Assembly (NCBI GenBank): GCA_023953615.1
Contig: JAMLJH010000001.1
Location: 9,362 to 73,361, forward strand
Length of the DNA: 64,000 bases
Reading direction: 5' to 3'
Source of the DNA: Verrucomicrobiia bacterium
GTDB taxonomy: Bacteria > Verrucomicrobiota > Verrucomicrobiia > Limisphaerales > JADLHS01
The notes under the pieces were generated by a model that ran no database searches, was not told the origin of the DNA, and saw nothing but the letters and a program-made list of their open reading frames with translations. Both the position numbers and the translations under genes were made by a program. Of this stretch, positions 10,033 to 20,516 are shown piece after piece; position 1 is the first letter of the stretch; the number at the start of each line of letters is the position of its first letter.

Positions 10033-10884
10033 TTAACTGACAAATTCCAGCTCCTGCCGATGCGGAATAAGTCGTTGCTCGAAGGCCCGTCCCAAGAAAC
10101 GGCGGATGGATTCCCGGCCTTTTTCGCCGTAGTCCAAAGTCCAATGGTTCACGTACATCCCGACAAATTGGTCCGCCAGGTCGCGGCCCATATCCCGGGC
10201 ATATTGCAAAGCGTGCTGCACCGCGGCGGGGCGATGGTCCAAACTGAACTGGATGCTGCGCGTCAGCAGATCGGAAATTTCCTTTCGGGCGACCGGTTCG
10301 AACCGCTTGTGAATCACGTTCCCGCCCAGCGGCAACGGCAGCCCATCATTTTCCCGCCCCCACCACTGGCCCATATCCTCGCAAACCACCAACCCTTCAT
10401 TTTGATATGTCAATTGACCTTCGTGAATGATCAGCCCGACCTCCGCCCGTCCTTCCCGCACGGCTTGGAAAATCTGATCGAACGGCACGACTTCGTAGTG
10501 CAACTCGCTACCGGGGCAGTTCAACCAGAGTTGCAGCGCCAGAAACGCGCTGGTCATGGTGCCGGGGACGGCGATTTTTTTACGCCGGATTTCCTCCCGC
10601 GAAAATTTCTGCTTCGCCACCAGCATCGGCCCATAGCCATCGCCCATGCTCGCGCCGCTGGGCAAGAGGGCGTATTTATCCGACACGTAAGCGTAGGCGT
10701 GGATGCTGATTGCGGAAATGTCGAGTTCTCCACGCGTGGCGCGTTCATTCAAGGTTTGGATGTCCTGGAGAATATGCTCGAAGCGATATCCGGGCGTGGC
10801 GATGAGTTCCCGCGCCAGTCCGTAAAACATGAAAGCGTCGTCCGGATCAGGCGAGTGTCCTAATGTTAGCAATTTTGCCTGCAT
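10033..10884 (-). CDS. MqnA/MqnD/SBP family protein (futalosine-pathway menaquinone biosynthesis-like)
   Basis: N-terminal LGHSPDPDDAFMFYGL and DIQTLNERATRGELDISAIS motifs. The likely start is MQAKLL at 10884 (track start 10923). Confidence 0.65.
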   Translation of the reverse strand: MQAKLLTLGHSPDPDDAFMFYGLARELIATPGYRFEHILQDIQTLNERATRGELDISAISIHAYAYVSDKYALLPSGASMGDGYGPMLVAKQKFSREEIRRKKIAVPGTMTSAFLALQLWLNCPGSELHYEVVPFDQIFQAVREGRAEVGLIIHEGQLTYQNEGLVVCEDMGQWWGRENDGLPLPLGGNVIHKRFEPVARKEISDLLTRSIQFSLDHRPAAVQHALQYARDMGRDLADQFVGMYVNHWTLDYGEKGRESIRRFLGRAFEQRLIPHRQELEFVS

Positions 10885-10941
10885 CGCTCCATCTTTCAGA
10901 CATAAAAAAGGTCTGTCGAACAAATTCGCCGGGCAAGCGAA

Positions 10942-13518
10942 GTGCTGACCTTTGCAGCAGTGAACGGTTCATCCACAGGTTACGCGGGGGAATCACCGTC
11001 GCCGCATCGTAGTTGGCGACGTTTTTTCAAAACCGCCCCGCGCCCCAACTCCAACCCGGTCCCGGCCAAAACTTCCGAGCCGTCGGCATCGCGACGTCGC
11101 GCTGGCAGTGCCGGTGCCGCGCCGATCGAGAATCCCGCTCCGTCTCATACGGAAGCGGTGTTTGCCGGTTTACGCCGACGACTGGGTACCACGGTTTTTC
11201 TCGCCACCGTTCCGGTGGTGCTGTTGATGTATTTCCTGCACCTCGAACAATGGGTCGGTTTTCTCATTGGCATGTTGGCGCTGGCCGCCGCGTGGTACGG
11301 CGGCGAACGCTTTGTCATGCGGCAGTTGCGCACGTTGCTGCAAGCCGCCGAGAAACTCGCGCAGGGCGATCTGACCAGCCGCACCTGTGTCAAGGATGGC
11401 AAGAGTGAGCTGGGGCAACTTGCCCGAACTTTTGATACGATGGCGGAGTCGCTCCAGGAACGAGCGCATGAAAATGAAGCTTCCGAAAAGCAACTGCTGA
11501 ATCGCGCACAGCAACAAGCCGTGATTGCGGCGATTGGCCAGTTCGCCATGCTCAATCAGGATTTCAACGCGCTCCTGAACCAGGCCTTGCAACTCGTCGC
11601 GGAAACTTTGGAGGTGGAATTGGCGCACATCGTCGAGTTGCAACCCGAAACGGAATCTCTCGTACCTCGCGCGACGCTGGGCTGGCGCACGGGGGGAAAT
11701 CGTCTCGGCTCCGCGGCGATTGAAGCGCACGGATTGTCACTGGGAGCGTATGTGTTGCGCCGCGGCGAACCGGTCATCATCGCCGACATGAAACAGGAAC
11801 GCCGCTTTGTTGCGCCGAACCTGTTGCTTGATCACGCCGTGGCGAGCGGCGTCTGCCTGGTCATCGCCACCCGTCAACAACCCTACGGCATTCTCGGCGT
11901 TTATACGGCGACCTTGCGCGCGTTCACCGGTGACGAAATTCAATTTCTCCTCGCCGCCGCCAACTCCCTCGGCATGGCGGCGGAACGGCGCCGCACGGAA
12001 GTTGAATTGCAGAAGCTCGCCGCGTTTGCGCAGCTTAATCCCAATCCCGCCATGGAATTGACCACGGCCGGTATGGTGACTTACTTCAACGATTCCGCGA
12101 TGCAGCTCGCGCTGTCCGTGGAATTAAATCATCCGCGCGAATTACTGCCGAACAAAGTTGGCGAGATTCTCCGGCGCTGTTTGGAGGAGAACGTCAGCCG
12201 GACGGATTATCAATCGAAGATCGGTGGACGGACTCTTTCCTGGTCGTTTCACCCGGTGGCGCCGAGCCGGGTTGTTCATTGTTACGTGGAAGACATCACG
12301 GCCCATCTCAATCTGGAAAGCCAATTGCGCCAGTCACAAAAAATGGAGTCCATCGGACAACTGGCCGCCGGCGTGGCGCATGACTTCAACAACATGCTGA
12401 CGATTATCCAAGGCCATGCGGGCATTTTGATGACGCGCCCCAACATGCCCGCGCCCTCGCTGGATTCGGCTCAAGCGGTGTTCTTCGCCGCAGAACGGGC
12501 GGCCAGCTTGACGCGCCAACTGTTGATGTTCAGCCGCAAAAACATCATGCAACCGGAAAATCTGGATTTGCGTGATCAGGTGTCCAACCTCAGCCGAATG
12601 GTGCAGCGGCTATTGGGCGAATTAATCACGCTGCAATTTACGCCACCGGCGGATTTGCCTCTGGTGAAGGGCGACGCGGGAATGATTGAGCAAGTGCTGA
12701 TGAACCTTTGCGTCAACGCGCGGGACGCCATGGAACGCGGCGGAGTGCTGAGTATCGAACTGGGCGTCGAGGAGATTGGGCCGGACTACGTTCACGCGCA
12801 TCCGGAAGCCCACGCCGGGCGCCACGTCTTCATGCGCCTCACCGATACCGGCTGCGGTATGGACAGCTACACGGTCACGCGCATTTTTGAACCGTTCTTC
12901 ACCACCAAGGAAGTTGGCAAGGGAACGGGACTGGGGCTGGCCACCGTTTACGGAATTGTCAAACAACACGGCGGCTGGGTGGAGGTTTCAAGTCAGCCCA
13001 ACTGCGGCACCACCTTCAAAGTGTATCTGCCCGCCACCAACGAAACGGTCAAGACTTCGGCGGAAAACATCACTCCCAATACTCCGATCCGGGGCGGTGA
13101 AGAAACCATTCTGGTCGTGGAAGACGAGCCGGTGTTGCAAGAGATGGCGCAATTGATCCTGGAGGAATACGGCTACAAAGTGCTCCTCGCCAACAACGGT
13201 CAGGAAGCCCTGCAACTATGGCAGCGACACAAACCCGGAATTGATTTGCTCTTCACCGACATGGTCATGCCGGGCGGTTTGACGGGCACCGAGCTGTCCG
13301 GCCATTTGATCGCGCAACACCCGCAACTCCGGGTCATCTTCGCAAGCGGTTACACCGCCAATGACATCAATACGGATTTTCTGACCCGTAACAATAGCGC
13401 GCGCTTTTTGCAGAAGCCCTACACCCGCACCAGCCTGACGCGGGCGGTGCGCGAGGCGCTCGACGGTGCGCCCGGCATCTCTTCCCGCCGACCAGAATCC
13501 GCCACGGTCACCGCGTAA
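10942..13518 (+). CDS. hybrid sensor histidine kinase (TM/HAMP-GAF-PAS-HisKA-HATPase-receiver)
   Basis: H-box AAGVAHDFNNML, N/G boxes (NLCVNARDAM, TDTGCGM, GTGLGLATVYG), and a C-terminal receiver ILVVEDEP...FTDMVMPG. The exact start is uncertain. Confidence 0.85.
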   Translation: MLTFAAVNGSSTGYAGESPSPHRSWRRFFKTAPRPNSNPVPAKTSEPSASRRRAGSAGAAPIENPAPSHTEAVFAGLRRRLGTTVFLATVPVVLLMYFLHLEQWVGFLIGMLALAAAWYGGERFVMRQLRTLLQAAEKLAQGDLTSRTCVKDGKSELGQLARTFDTMAESLQERAHENEASEKQLLNRAQQQAVIAAIGQFAMLNQDFNALLNQALQLVAETLEVELAHIVELQPETESLVPRATLGWRTGGNRLGSAAIEAHGLSLGAYVLRRGEPVIIADMKQERRFVAPNLLLDHAVASGVCLVIATRQQPYGILGVYTATLRAFTGDEIQFLLAAANSLGMAAERRRTEVELQKLAAFAQLNPNPAMELTTAGMVTYFNDSAMQLALSVELNHPRELLPNKVGEILRRCLEENVSRTDYQSKIGGRTLSWSFHPVAPSRVVHCYVEDITAHLNLESQLRQSQKMESIGQLAAGVAHDFNNMLTIIQGHAGILMTRPNMPAPSLDSAQAVFFAAERAASLTRQLLMFSRKNIMQPENLDLRDQVSNLSRMVQRLLGELITLQFTPPADLPLVKGDAGMIEQVLMNLCVNARDAMERGGVLSIELGVEEIGPDYVHAHPEAHAGRHVFMRLTDTGCGMDSYTVTRIFEPFFTTKEVGKGTGLGLATVYGIVKQHGGWVEVSSQPNCGTTFKVYLPATNETVKTSAENITPNTPIRGGEETILVVEDEPVLQEMAQLILEEYGYKVLLANNGQEALQLWQRHKPGIDLLFTDMVMPGGLTGTELSGHLIAQHPQLRVIFASGYTANDINTDFLTRNNSARFLQKPYTRTSLTRAVREALDGAPGISSRRPESATVTA

Positions 13519-13520
13519 GT

Positions 13521-15242
13521 TCAGCTGGGATGGCGACGCAACCACGCCACGATTTCTGCCGCCGCTCCAGCACTATCCACCGCCAGCATCGCACCCTGGC
13601 GCGGCTTGATCTCGACCTGACCTTTGGCCAGCGATTTCTCACCGATGGCGATGCGAAGGGGAAAACCAACCAGATCCGCGTCCTTGAACTTTACGCCCGG
13701 ACGTTCGTCACGATTGTCCAAGATCACCTCAATCCCCTGAGCGGTTAATTCCTGATACAATTTTTCCGCGCGTTGCATCACCGGACTCTCCGCCGCGACA
13801 CTCAACGGCGTGATGCAAACCTGATACGGGGCCACCGCGAGCGGCCAGATGATACCGTCCTTATCGTTGCATTGCTCGATGATGGCTTGCAACGTGCGCG
13901 TCACGCCAATGCCATAGCAACCCATGACGCAGGGCCGCCGCGCCCCCGCTTCATCCAGATAATTGGCTTCCAGCTTTTCACTGTATTTCGTGCCCAGTTT
14001 GAAAACGTGCCCGACTTCAATCGCGCGCCGGATCTTCAGCGGCTTCGCGCATTTGCCGCACGGTTCACCGGCGGCAACCGTGCGCAAATCGAACCAATCG
14101 GAAACGCGGATATCGCGCTCCATTGAAACCCGACGCAAATGGAATCCGTCCTCGTTCGCCCCCGTCGTCATGTCATTCGCACCGCGCAAACGCTCATCGG
14201 CCAACACCCGCACCGCCGCCGGCACCCGCGCGACCGCGCCCAGCGAACCCGGTTTCGCGCCCAGCACGGCCACACATTCCTCCGGCGTGGCGGGACGAAA
14301 GGCCAACGCACCCGTGCGCGCGCTGAACTTGGTTTCGTTCAGTTGATCATCGCCCCGGATCAAAATCAAAACCGGCTGGTTATCGGCGATATACACCAGC
14401 GTTTTAATCTGCCGATTGGCGGGAACTCGATAAGGCTCGCGCGATAACGCTTCAATCGTAACTACGCCGGGCGTCGCAAATTTTTCCGGCAGTTCCCCCG
14501 GCTCGCGAGCGGCCGTGCGCGGAATGCCACTCGTCGCTTTCTCGATATTGGCCGCATAACCGCAGGCGTCGCAAAACACCACCTCGTTTTCGCCCGTGTC
14601 CGCCGGCACCATGAACTCGTGCGAATGGCTGCCTCCAATGACCCCCGAATCGGCTTCCACGGGAAAATTCTGCACGCCACAGCGATTGAAAATGCGTTGG
14701 TAGGCGTCATACATTTTTTGATAGCTTGCCGTGGCGGCGGCATCGGTGACGTCGAAGGAGTAAGCGTCTTTCATGATGAACTCCTTGGCGCGCATCAACC
14801 CGAATCGCGGCCGGATTTCATCCCGAAACTTGGTGCTGATCTGATAGAAATTCTTGGGCAACTGCCGGTAGGAATTGATTTCATGCGCCGCCAACGTGGT
14901 GATGACCTCCTCGGCGGTCGGGCTTAGAAACCACTCGCGCTTCGCGCCATCTTGAACTTTGAACAACACCCCCTGGGCCGTCCCGGCGCGACCGGTGCGT
15001 TCCCAAATTTCCCGGGGTTGCAAGGCCGGCATCAACACCTCAATCGCCCCGGCGCGATCCATCTCCTCGCGAATGATTTGCTCCACCTTCCGCAGCGCCC
15101 GCAATCCCAACGGTAAAAAAGTATAAACCCCGCCGGCCAGCTTCCGGATCAGACCGGCGCGCAGCAGTAGTTGGTGTGAGAGGATTTCCGCATCCGACGG
15201 AGCTTCGCGCAGGGTCGGAATCAACGTTTCAGTCCACTTCAT
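13521..15242 (-). CDS. proS: proline--tRNA ligase
   Basis: N-terminus MKWTETLIPTLREAPSDAEILSHQLLLRAGLIRKLAGGVYTFLPLG. It has class II aaRS motifs and bacterial-type ProRS length (573 aa). Confidence 0.9.
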   Translation of the reverse strand: MKWTETLIPTLREAPSDAEILSHQLLLRAGLIRKLAGGVYTFLPLGLRALRKVEQIIREEMDRAGAIEVLMPALQPREIWERTGRAGTAQGVLFKVQDGAKREWFLSPTAEEVITTLAAHEINSYRQLPKNFYQISTKFRDEIRPRFGLMRAKEFIMKDAYSFDVTDAAATASYQKMYDAYQRIFNRCGVQNFPVEADSGVIGGSHSHEFMVPADTGENEVVFCDACGYAANIEKATSGIPRTAAREPGELPEKFATPGVVTIEALSREPYRVPANRQIKTLVYIADNQPVLILIRGDDQLNETKFSARTGALAFRPATPEECVAVLGAKPGSLGAVARVPAAVRVLADERLRGANDMTTGANEDGFHLRRVSMERDIRVSDWFDLRTVAAGEPCGKCAKPLKIRRAIEVGHVFKLGTKYSEKLEANYLDEAGARRPCVMGCYGIGVTRTLQAIIEQCNDKDGIIWPLAVAPYQVCITPLSVAAESPVMQRAEKLYQELTAQGIEVILDNRDERPGVKFKDADLVGFPLRIAIGEKSLAKGQVEIKPRQGAMLAVDSAGAAAEIVAWLRRHPS

Positions 15243-15300
15243 GCGGCGCGCAGCTTAAACCAAAGCCCGACGCAGAACGAAGTCTTTTCGGAGCAAACGG

Positions 15301-16056
15301 CTACTTGACCAGATTCACCAAGGGCGACAAACCGGCAATCCGGACTTCCAGGCGATCGCCAGATTGGATCGGACCGATCCCGGCCGGCGTGCCGGTCAGG
15401 ATGACGTCGCCCGGCAGCAACGTCATTTGTGCCGAGATAAAGCTCACCAATTCGTAACAGTTGAAAATCATCTGCCGCGTATGGGAGTTTTGTCGCAACT
15501 GACCGTTTTGGTAGAGTTGAATGCTCAGCTCCTTGGGATCAATTTTCGTTTCAATATAGGGGCCAAGCGGCGTGAAAGTATCGAACGATTTGGCGCGACA
15601 CCACTGACTCTCCGCGCCTTGGATCGTGCGATCCGTCAAGTCTTGAGCGGCGGTAAAGCCCAAAATATAACGCGGTGCGGACGCCACCGGTACCGCCCGA
15701 ATTTTTCGCCCTATGATGATGGCCAGCTCCGCCTCAAAATCCGTTCGATGTGCGGGGTGTGGAAGTTCGATTTTCCCCCCATCAGGAAGCAACGAAGTCG
15801 GCGCTTTCAACCAAATCAAAGGTTCTTTGGGCAACGGCTGCTTTAGCTCCCGAGCGTGATCCGCGTAATTCAATCCTACCGCAATGATTTTGGAAGGGGT
15901 GACCGGCACGAGCGTACGAATGCCCTTTCGAGGGAGCGGTTTTCGGTCGAACGTCGGAGCGCCGAAGACATCGCCATGCAAACGGAAAAGTTCGCCGTCC
16001 ACCATTTTGGCATAAAAAATCTCGTTGCCTTTCTGAAATCGCCCAATGGCTGCCAT
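15301..16056 (-). CDS. fumarylacetoacetate hydrolase (FAH) family protein
   Basis: Motifs GLNYADHARE, DFEAELAIIIG and LLPGDVILTGTPAGIG. Confidence 0.8.
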   Translation of the reverse strand: MAAIGRFQKGNEIFYAKMVDGELFRLHGDVFGAPTFDRKPLPRKGIRTLVPVTPSKIIAVGLNYADHARELKQPLPKEPLIWLKAPTSLLPDGGKIELPHPAHRTDFEAELAIIIGRKIRAVPVASAPRYILGFTAAQDLTDRTIQGAESQWCRAKSFDTFTPLGPYIETKIDPKELSIQLYQNGQLRQNSHTRQMIFNCYELVSFISAQMTLLPGDVILTGTPAGIGPIQSGDRLEVRIAGLSPLVNLVK

Positions 16057-16285
16057 AGGTATGAGCGAAACCCTAGCAAACCGATGCGCCCGTTCGCAAG
16101 CGTAAAGCAGCGGCAGCCGCAGTTTCGCCTGGCTCTACCGCCGATGTTGGTTGCGCCCGACAAACGCAAAATCTGTTGAGGCTTCTCGCCGGTCTTGCCA
16201 TCCGGGGTTAAAACTGACATATAAACCGCATCAAAGATTTTCGCGCTACACCGAGGTTTCCGTAGCCGAAGGCAACACATACGCG

Positions 16286-17038
16286 ATGAATACCAAACTC
16301 ATTACCGCCAGTTACCGGGTATGGAGTCCGGAAATGGTCTGCTACGGGCCAATCGAATTGACCACTTTGTTCGAGTGGGTGCGCGAACGGCGCGTTAGCC
16401 CCGAACATTGGATTTTCTCCGAACGCCGCAACACCTGGGTCAAGGCGGCGCAAATGGATGAGCTTAAGCCGTTGTTCGATTCTTCACGCCGCCGACCCGG
16501 ACATCTGCTCGACGTGCGGCAGGCGGGGGTGAATGCGGATGCGTTGTTGCGCATTAAAGTCTTTTCCGGACTGAACGAAGACCAGTTGCAGGCGTTTATC
16601 CGTTACATGGAAATGGTGGTGCTCGAACCGGCGGCGCTGGCCGTGCGCGAAGGCCAGCGTGGCGATGCCATGTTTTTAATTCTTGAAGGTGAAGTTCGCG
16701 TTCGCTGGTTGCGCCACGGCAAGGAATCCATTGTCACCACTTTGAGAACGGGGGATTTTTTCGGCGAGATTTCCCTGCTGGATGAAGGGCCGCGCTCGGC
16801 GGATGTGATCGCCAACGAACACACGACGTTGTTGAAGATTTCCAAGGCCGCCTTCACCAAACTGCGATCCGAAGCCCCGTCGCTCGCCGAACCGTTCCTA
16901 CATTCGCTCTCGCAGATCCTCGTGGGCCGATTGCGACAGTTGAACAAGCGTTACGTGGATTCGGTGTTGATGCTGCGCGCGCTTTCGGAACCGACTCGCG
17001 TTAAAACAACCCGCCCCGCAGCCAAACGCGCCCGTTAA
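16286..17038 (+). CDS. cyclic nucleotide-binding domain protein with N-terminal GYF_2-like domain
   Basis: cNMP-binding motif FFGEISLLDEGPRSADVIA. The likely start is ATG 16286 (MNTKLITASYRVW...). Confidence 0.7.
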   Translation: MNTKLITASYRVWSPEMVCYGPIELTTLFEWVRERRVSPEHWIFSERRNTWVKAAQMDELKPLFDSSRRRPGHLLDVRQAGVNADALLRIKVFSGLNEDQLQAFIRYMEMVVLEPAALAVREGQRGDAMFLILEGEVRVRWLRHGKESIVTTLRTGDFFGEISLLDEGPRSADVIANEHTTLLKISKAAFTKLRSEAPSLAEPFLHSLSQILVGRLRQLNKRYVDSVLMLRALSEPTRVKTTRPAAKRAR

Positions 17039-17409
17039 AATTCCTTCGCACAAAGCAGCGCCATCGCTCGCGGTCTCGACGTGGCTGGCGAACGTCTCGC
17101 GAGTACATTCGCGTTATGCCAACGCTATTCAGTTGTACTCGCCTCGCACCTTGGCTGGCTTGTGTTCCAACGAACCAATCCCCCACGTCAAGTTCAGTCT
17201 GCAAAAAATCGCATAATCGCCTCTGCCCCCGAAACCGGAAGTTGCGGGATAATTTCCAGCCCGCTAGATTGGAGCTGTGAATTCGATGACGCACCAGGAA
17301 AAGCGGGTGCTCTGCCTGATCCTGGGTTTGTTGCTCCTCGGTTGGGCGGTTAAAACCTATCGCGTGGCGTACCCGCCCGCGGCGACCGCGCATTCATCAA
17401 CTCGTTAAT

Positions 17410-17817
17410 ATGCAGGAATTACCTTTTGAAGCGATGCTGGAATTGATTCTGGCGAAGGACTCGCGTTACCAACGTGACGCATATTTGTTTGTGCGGGACG
17501 CGCTGGATTACACGCAGAAAAACCTCCGCCGAGCGAATAAGGGCGAACTCCGCCACGTGAGCGGACAGGAGTTGCTGACGGGCATTCGCCGTTACGCGCT
17601 GTCTCAATTCGGACCGATGACCATCACGGTCTTCGAGGAGTGGGGTATCCGACAGTGCGAAGATTTTGGTGAAATCGTCTTCAACATGGTGGACATCGGG
17701 TTGCTCGGAAAAACCACGCAAGACCGGCGCGAGGATTTTGCCGACGGTTATGATTTCGTGGCGGCATTCAAACACCCCTTTCTGCCGGGGAATGAAGTCA
17801 AAGTGTCGGTCGGTTGA
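17410..17817 (+). CDS. conserved hypothetical protein, Planctomycetes/Verrucomicrobia-restricted type (family name not verified)
   Basis: 135-aa ORF beginning MQELPFEAMLELILAKDSRYQRDAYLFVRDALDYTQ.... It resembles a family I recall as restricted to PVC bacteria. Confidence 0.6.
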   Translation: MQELPFEAMLELILAKDSRYQRDAYLFVRDALDYTQKNLRRANKGELRHVSGQELLTGIRRYALSQFGPMTITVFEEWGIRQCEDFGEIVFNMVDIGLLGKTTQDRREDFADGYDFVAAFKHPFLPGNEVKVSVG

Positions 17818-17880
17818 ACCCGCTCGCACCAAGTCCACACCGCCCGGGTTTCGTTCAGCAGCGTTTTAAGTTTTATCATC

Positions 17881-20466
17881 ATGAGCCATAATGTTTCCGC
17901 CTTCGACCCCAACGACAACGCCGCACCCGCCATGCCTTCCGGCGTCCGGATCGTCACGCTGGAAAACGGACTGACCATCATCACGCGCGAAGATCACAGC
18001 GCGCCGGTGGTTTCCGCCCAAGCCTGGGCCATGACGGGCAGCATTCACGAAGGCCGCTGGCTGGGCGCGGGGTTGTCTCACGTGTTGGAGCACATGCTGT
18101 TCAAAGGCACCACCACCCGCCCCGGCAGTCGGATTGACCAGGAAGTTCAGGAAGCCGGCGGCTACATGAACGCCTACACCAGCTTCGATCGCACGGTGTA
18201 TCACATTGATGTGCCCAACACCGGAATGGAGACGGCCCTCTCCATCCTCTGCGATATCATGCAAAACGCGTCCCTGCCCCCCGAGACGTTGGCCAAGGAG
18301 CTTGACGTCATCCGCCGCGAAATGGACATGGGACAGGATGATCCCGGACGGCGCTCGGGCCGGCGGCTGTTCGAGTCCGCCTATACGAAAAGTCCTTATC
18401 GCTACACGGTGATCGGCTACCTCGATATCTTCAACGAGTTAAAGCCCGAAGACATCCGCCAGTACTATCGAGAACGCTACGCGCCCAATAATCTTTTTTA
18501 CGTCGTCACGGGCGACTTCAAACACGAGGACGCCGTCGCCCAAATCCGGGCGGCCTACGCGCAGACCAAGTTCCACGTCCAACCCGCCGCAGTGCTGCCC
18601 GCCGAGCCACGCCAAACCGCGCCGCGCGAGGTCATCGAAGAGGCGCCCATCGAGTTGGGCTACTTGCATTTCGCCTGGCACATCCCGGAAGTGCGCCATC
18701 CGGACGTGCCGATCCTGGACGTGCTGGCGGTCGTGCTGGGGAACGGACGCAGTTCGCGTTTCTACCAGGAAGTACGCGAGAAACAGGGTCTCGTCCATTT
18801 TGCCGAAGCTTGGACGTACAATCCGGGCAACCCCGGACTTTTCGGGACCAGCGCCATGATTGACGCGGATCAATTCAGCGCCGCTCGCAACGCTCTGTTG
18901 GCGGAAATCGAGAAACTGAAAAGTCAGTTGGCGCCGGAAGCCGAGGTGCAAAAGGCCAAAAAACAATTCATCAGCGCCACGCTGGCCACGCGCAAAACCA
19001 TGCAAGGCCAGGCCCAGGACCTTGGGAACAATTGGCTCGCGGCCAATGATCTCAATTTCTCGCAGCATTATCTTGCCGCCGTTCAATGCGTCACGCCCGC
19101 GGATTTACAGCGGGTGGCGCGGGAATACTTGCGCGCGGAAAATCGGACGCTCTACGCGCTGCTTCCGGAAGGCGCCACACCCGCCCCGGCGGTGGTCAAC
19201 GAAAGCAACTCCACCCACGAAATCCAAAAATTTACTCTCGCCAACGGATTGCGCTTGTTGGTGAAGGAAGACCATCGGTTGCCGTTTGTGGAATTCCGCA
19301 CCGTCTTTCGCGGCGGCGTGCTGGCCGAGGACAAAAACAATCACGGCATCACGCAACTCATGGCGCGCTTGATCATCAAGGGCACCAAAACCCGAAGCGC
19401 CGAACAGATCGCCAGCGAGATCGAATCGCTCGGCGGCAGTCTGGATAGCTACGGCGGCAACAACAGCTTCGGCATCAACGCGGAAATTCTTCACCCCGAC
19501 TTTGACGCTGGATTAAATCTATTGGCAGACGTGATTCTCAATCCCACCTTCCCGGCGGCGCAACTGGAGCGCGAGCGGGAAATTCAGATCGCCGGCATCC
19601 GCAACAATCGCGACGATTTGCTGAAAAGTGCCTTCCAGTCCATGCGCCGCGAACTCTTCGGGCCGGCGGGGTATGGGCTTGATAATTTGGGCACGGAGGA
19701 AACGTTGGCGACGCTGGACTCCGAGCCGATCGCGCAATTTTATCGGCAGCTTGCGCGCCCCGATAATTGTGTGATCGCCATCTATGGCGACCTCAAAGCG
19801 GAAGTCGCCCGCGCCGCAATCGAACAGCGGTTCGGCAATTGGCGCGCTCCGTCGGCGCCAGGGCCAGTCGCGGCGTCCGCCAAATCGAACCCGGTGCAAG
19901 ACGGTCCGCGTCGCGTCCTGCAAGCGCGCGAGAAGAAGCAAGCCGTCGTGGTCATCGGTTTTCCCGGTTCGACTCTGGATGCGTCCGATCGCGAAGCGCT
20001 CGAAATTCTGCAGGAAATCTGCAGCGACCTAGGCTCGCGACTATTCCTGCGCATCCGCGAAAACCTCGGTCTCGCCTATTACGTCGGCGCGCAAAATCTT
20101 TTGGGACTCACGCCCGGTTATTTTGCTTTTTACGCCGGGACGGAACCGGCCCAGGTCGCCCGGGTCGAAACGGAAATGTTCAAAGAAATTGAACTGCTGC
20201 GAACGGAGGGAATCACCGCGAGCGAACTCAAACGTGCGCAAGCGAAACTCATCGGCCAACGCAAGATCGCCCGACAGGAATTGGGCGGCTTCGCCTCCAC
20301 AACCGCGCTCGATGAGCTTTACGGTTTGGGCTACGGCAACACGTATCGCGAGGACGAAAAAGTGGAAGCCGTGACGCTGGACCAGGTGAAGCGCGCCGCG
20401 CAAAAATATCTTCAACCCCACTTGGGCGTGGTGGCGATCATCAATCCTGAAAAACCGGCGCGCTGA
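17881..20466 (+). CDS. M16 family (pitrilysin-like) zinc peptidase, two tandem M16 units
   Basis: Inverted zinc motif HVLEHMLFKG (HxxEH). The 861-aa length and duplicated M16 architecture fit the family. Confidence 0.85.
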   Translation: MSHNVSAFDPNDNAAPAMPSGVRIVTLENGLTIITREDHSAPVVSAQAWAMTGSIHEGRWLGAGLSHVLEHMLFKGTTTRPGSRIDQEVQEAGGYMNAYTSFDRTVYHIDVPNTGMETALSILCDIMQNASLPPETLAKELDVIRREMDMGQDDPGRRSGRRLFESAYTKSPYRYTVIGYLDIFNELKPEDIRQYYRERYAPNNLFYVVTGDFKHEDAVAQIRAAYAQTKFHVQPAAVLPAEPRQTAPREVIEEAPIELGYLHFAWHIPEVRHPDVPILDVLAVVLGNGRSSRFYQEVREKQGLVHFAEAWTYNPGNPGLFGTSAMIDADQFSAARNALLAEIEKLKSQLAPEAEVQKAKKQFISATLATRKTMQGQAQDLGNNWLAANDLNFSQHYLAAVQCVTPADLQRVAREYLRAENRTLYALLPEGATPAPAVVNESNSTHEIQKFTLANGLRLLVKEDHRLPFVEFRTVFRGGVLAEDKNNHGITQLMARLIIKGTKTRSAEQIASEIESLGGSLDSYGGNNSFGINAEILHPDFDAGLNLLADVILNPTFPAAQLEREREIQIAGIRNNRDDLLKSAFQSMRRELFGPAGYGLDNLGTEETLATLDSEPIAQFYRQLARPDNCVIAIYGDLKAEVARAAIEQRFGNWRAPSAPGPVAASAKSNPVQDGPRRVLQAREKKQAVVVIGFPGSTLDASDREALEILQEICSDLGSRLFLRIRENLGLAYYVGAQNLLGLTPGYFAFYAGTEPAQVARVETEMFKEIELLRTEGITASELKRAQAKLIGQRKIARQELGGFASTTALDELYGLGYGNTYREDEKVEAVTLDQVKRAAQKYLQPHLGVVAIINPEKPAR

Positions 20467-20516
20467 CTAGCCGCGCACACACGCGCAACACCATTCCCGC
20501 ATCGGAAATTCGTCTG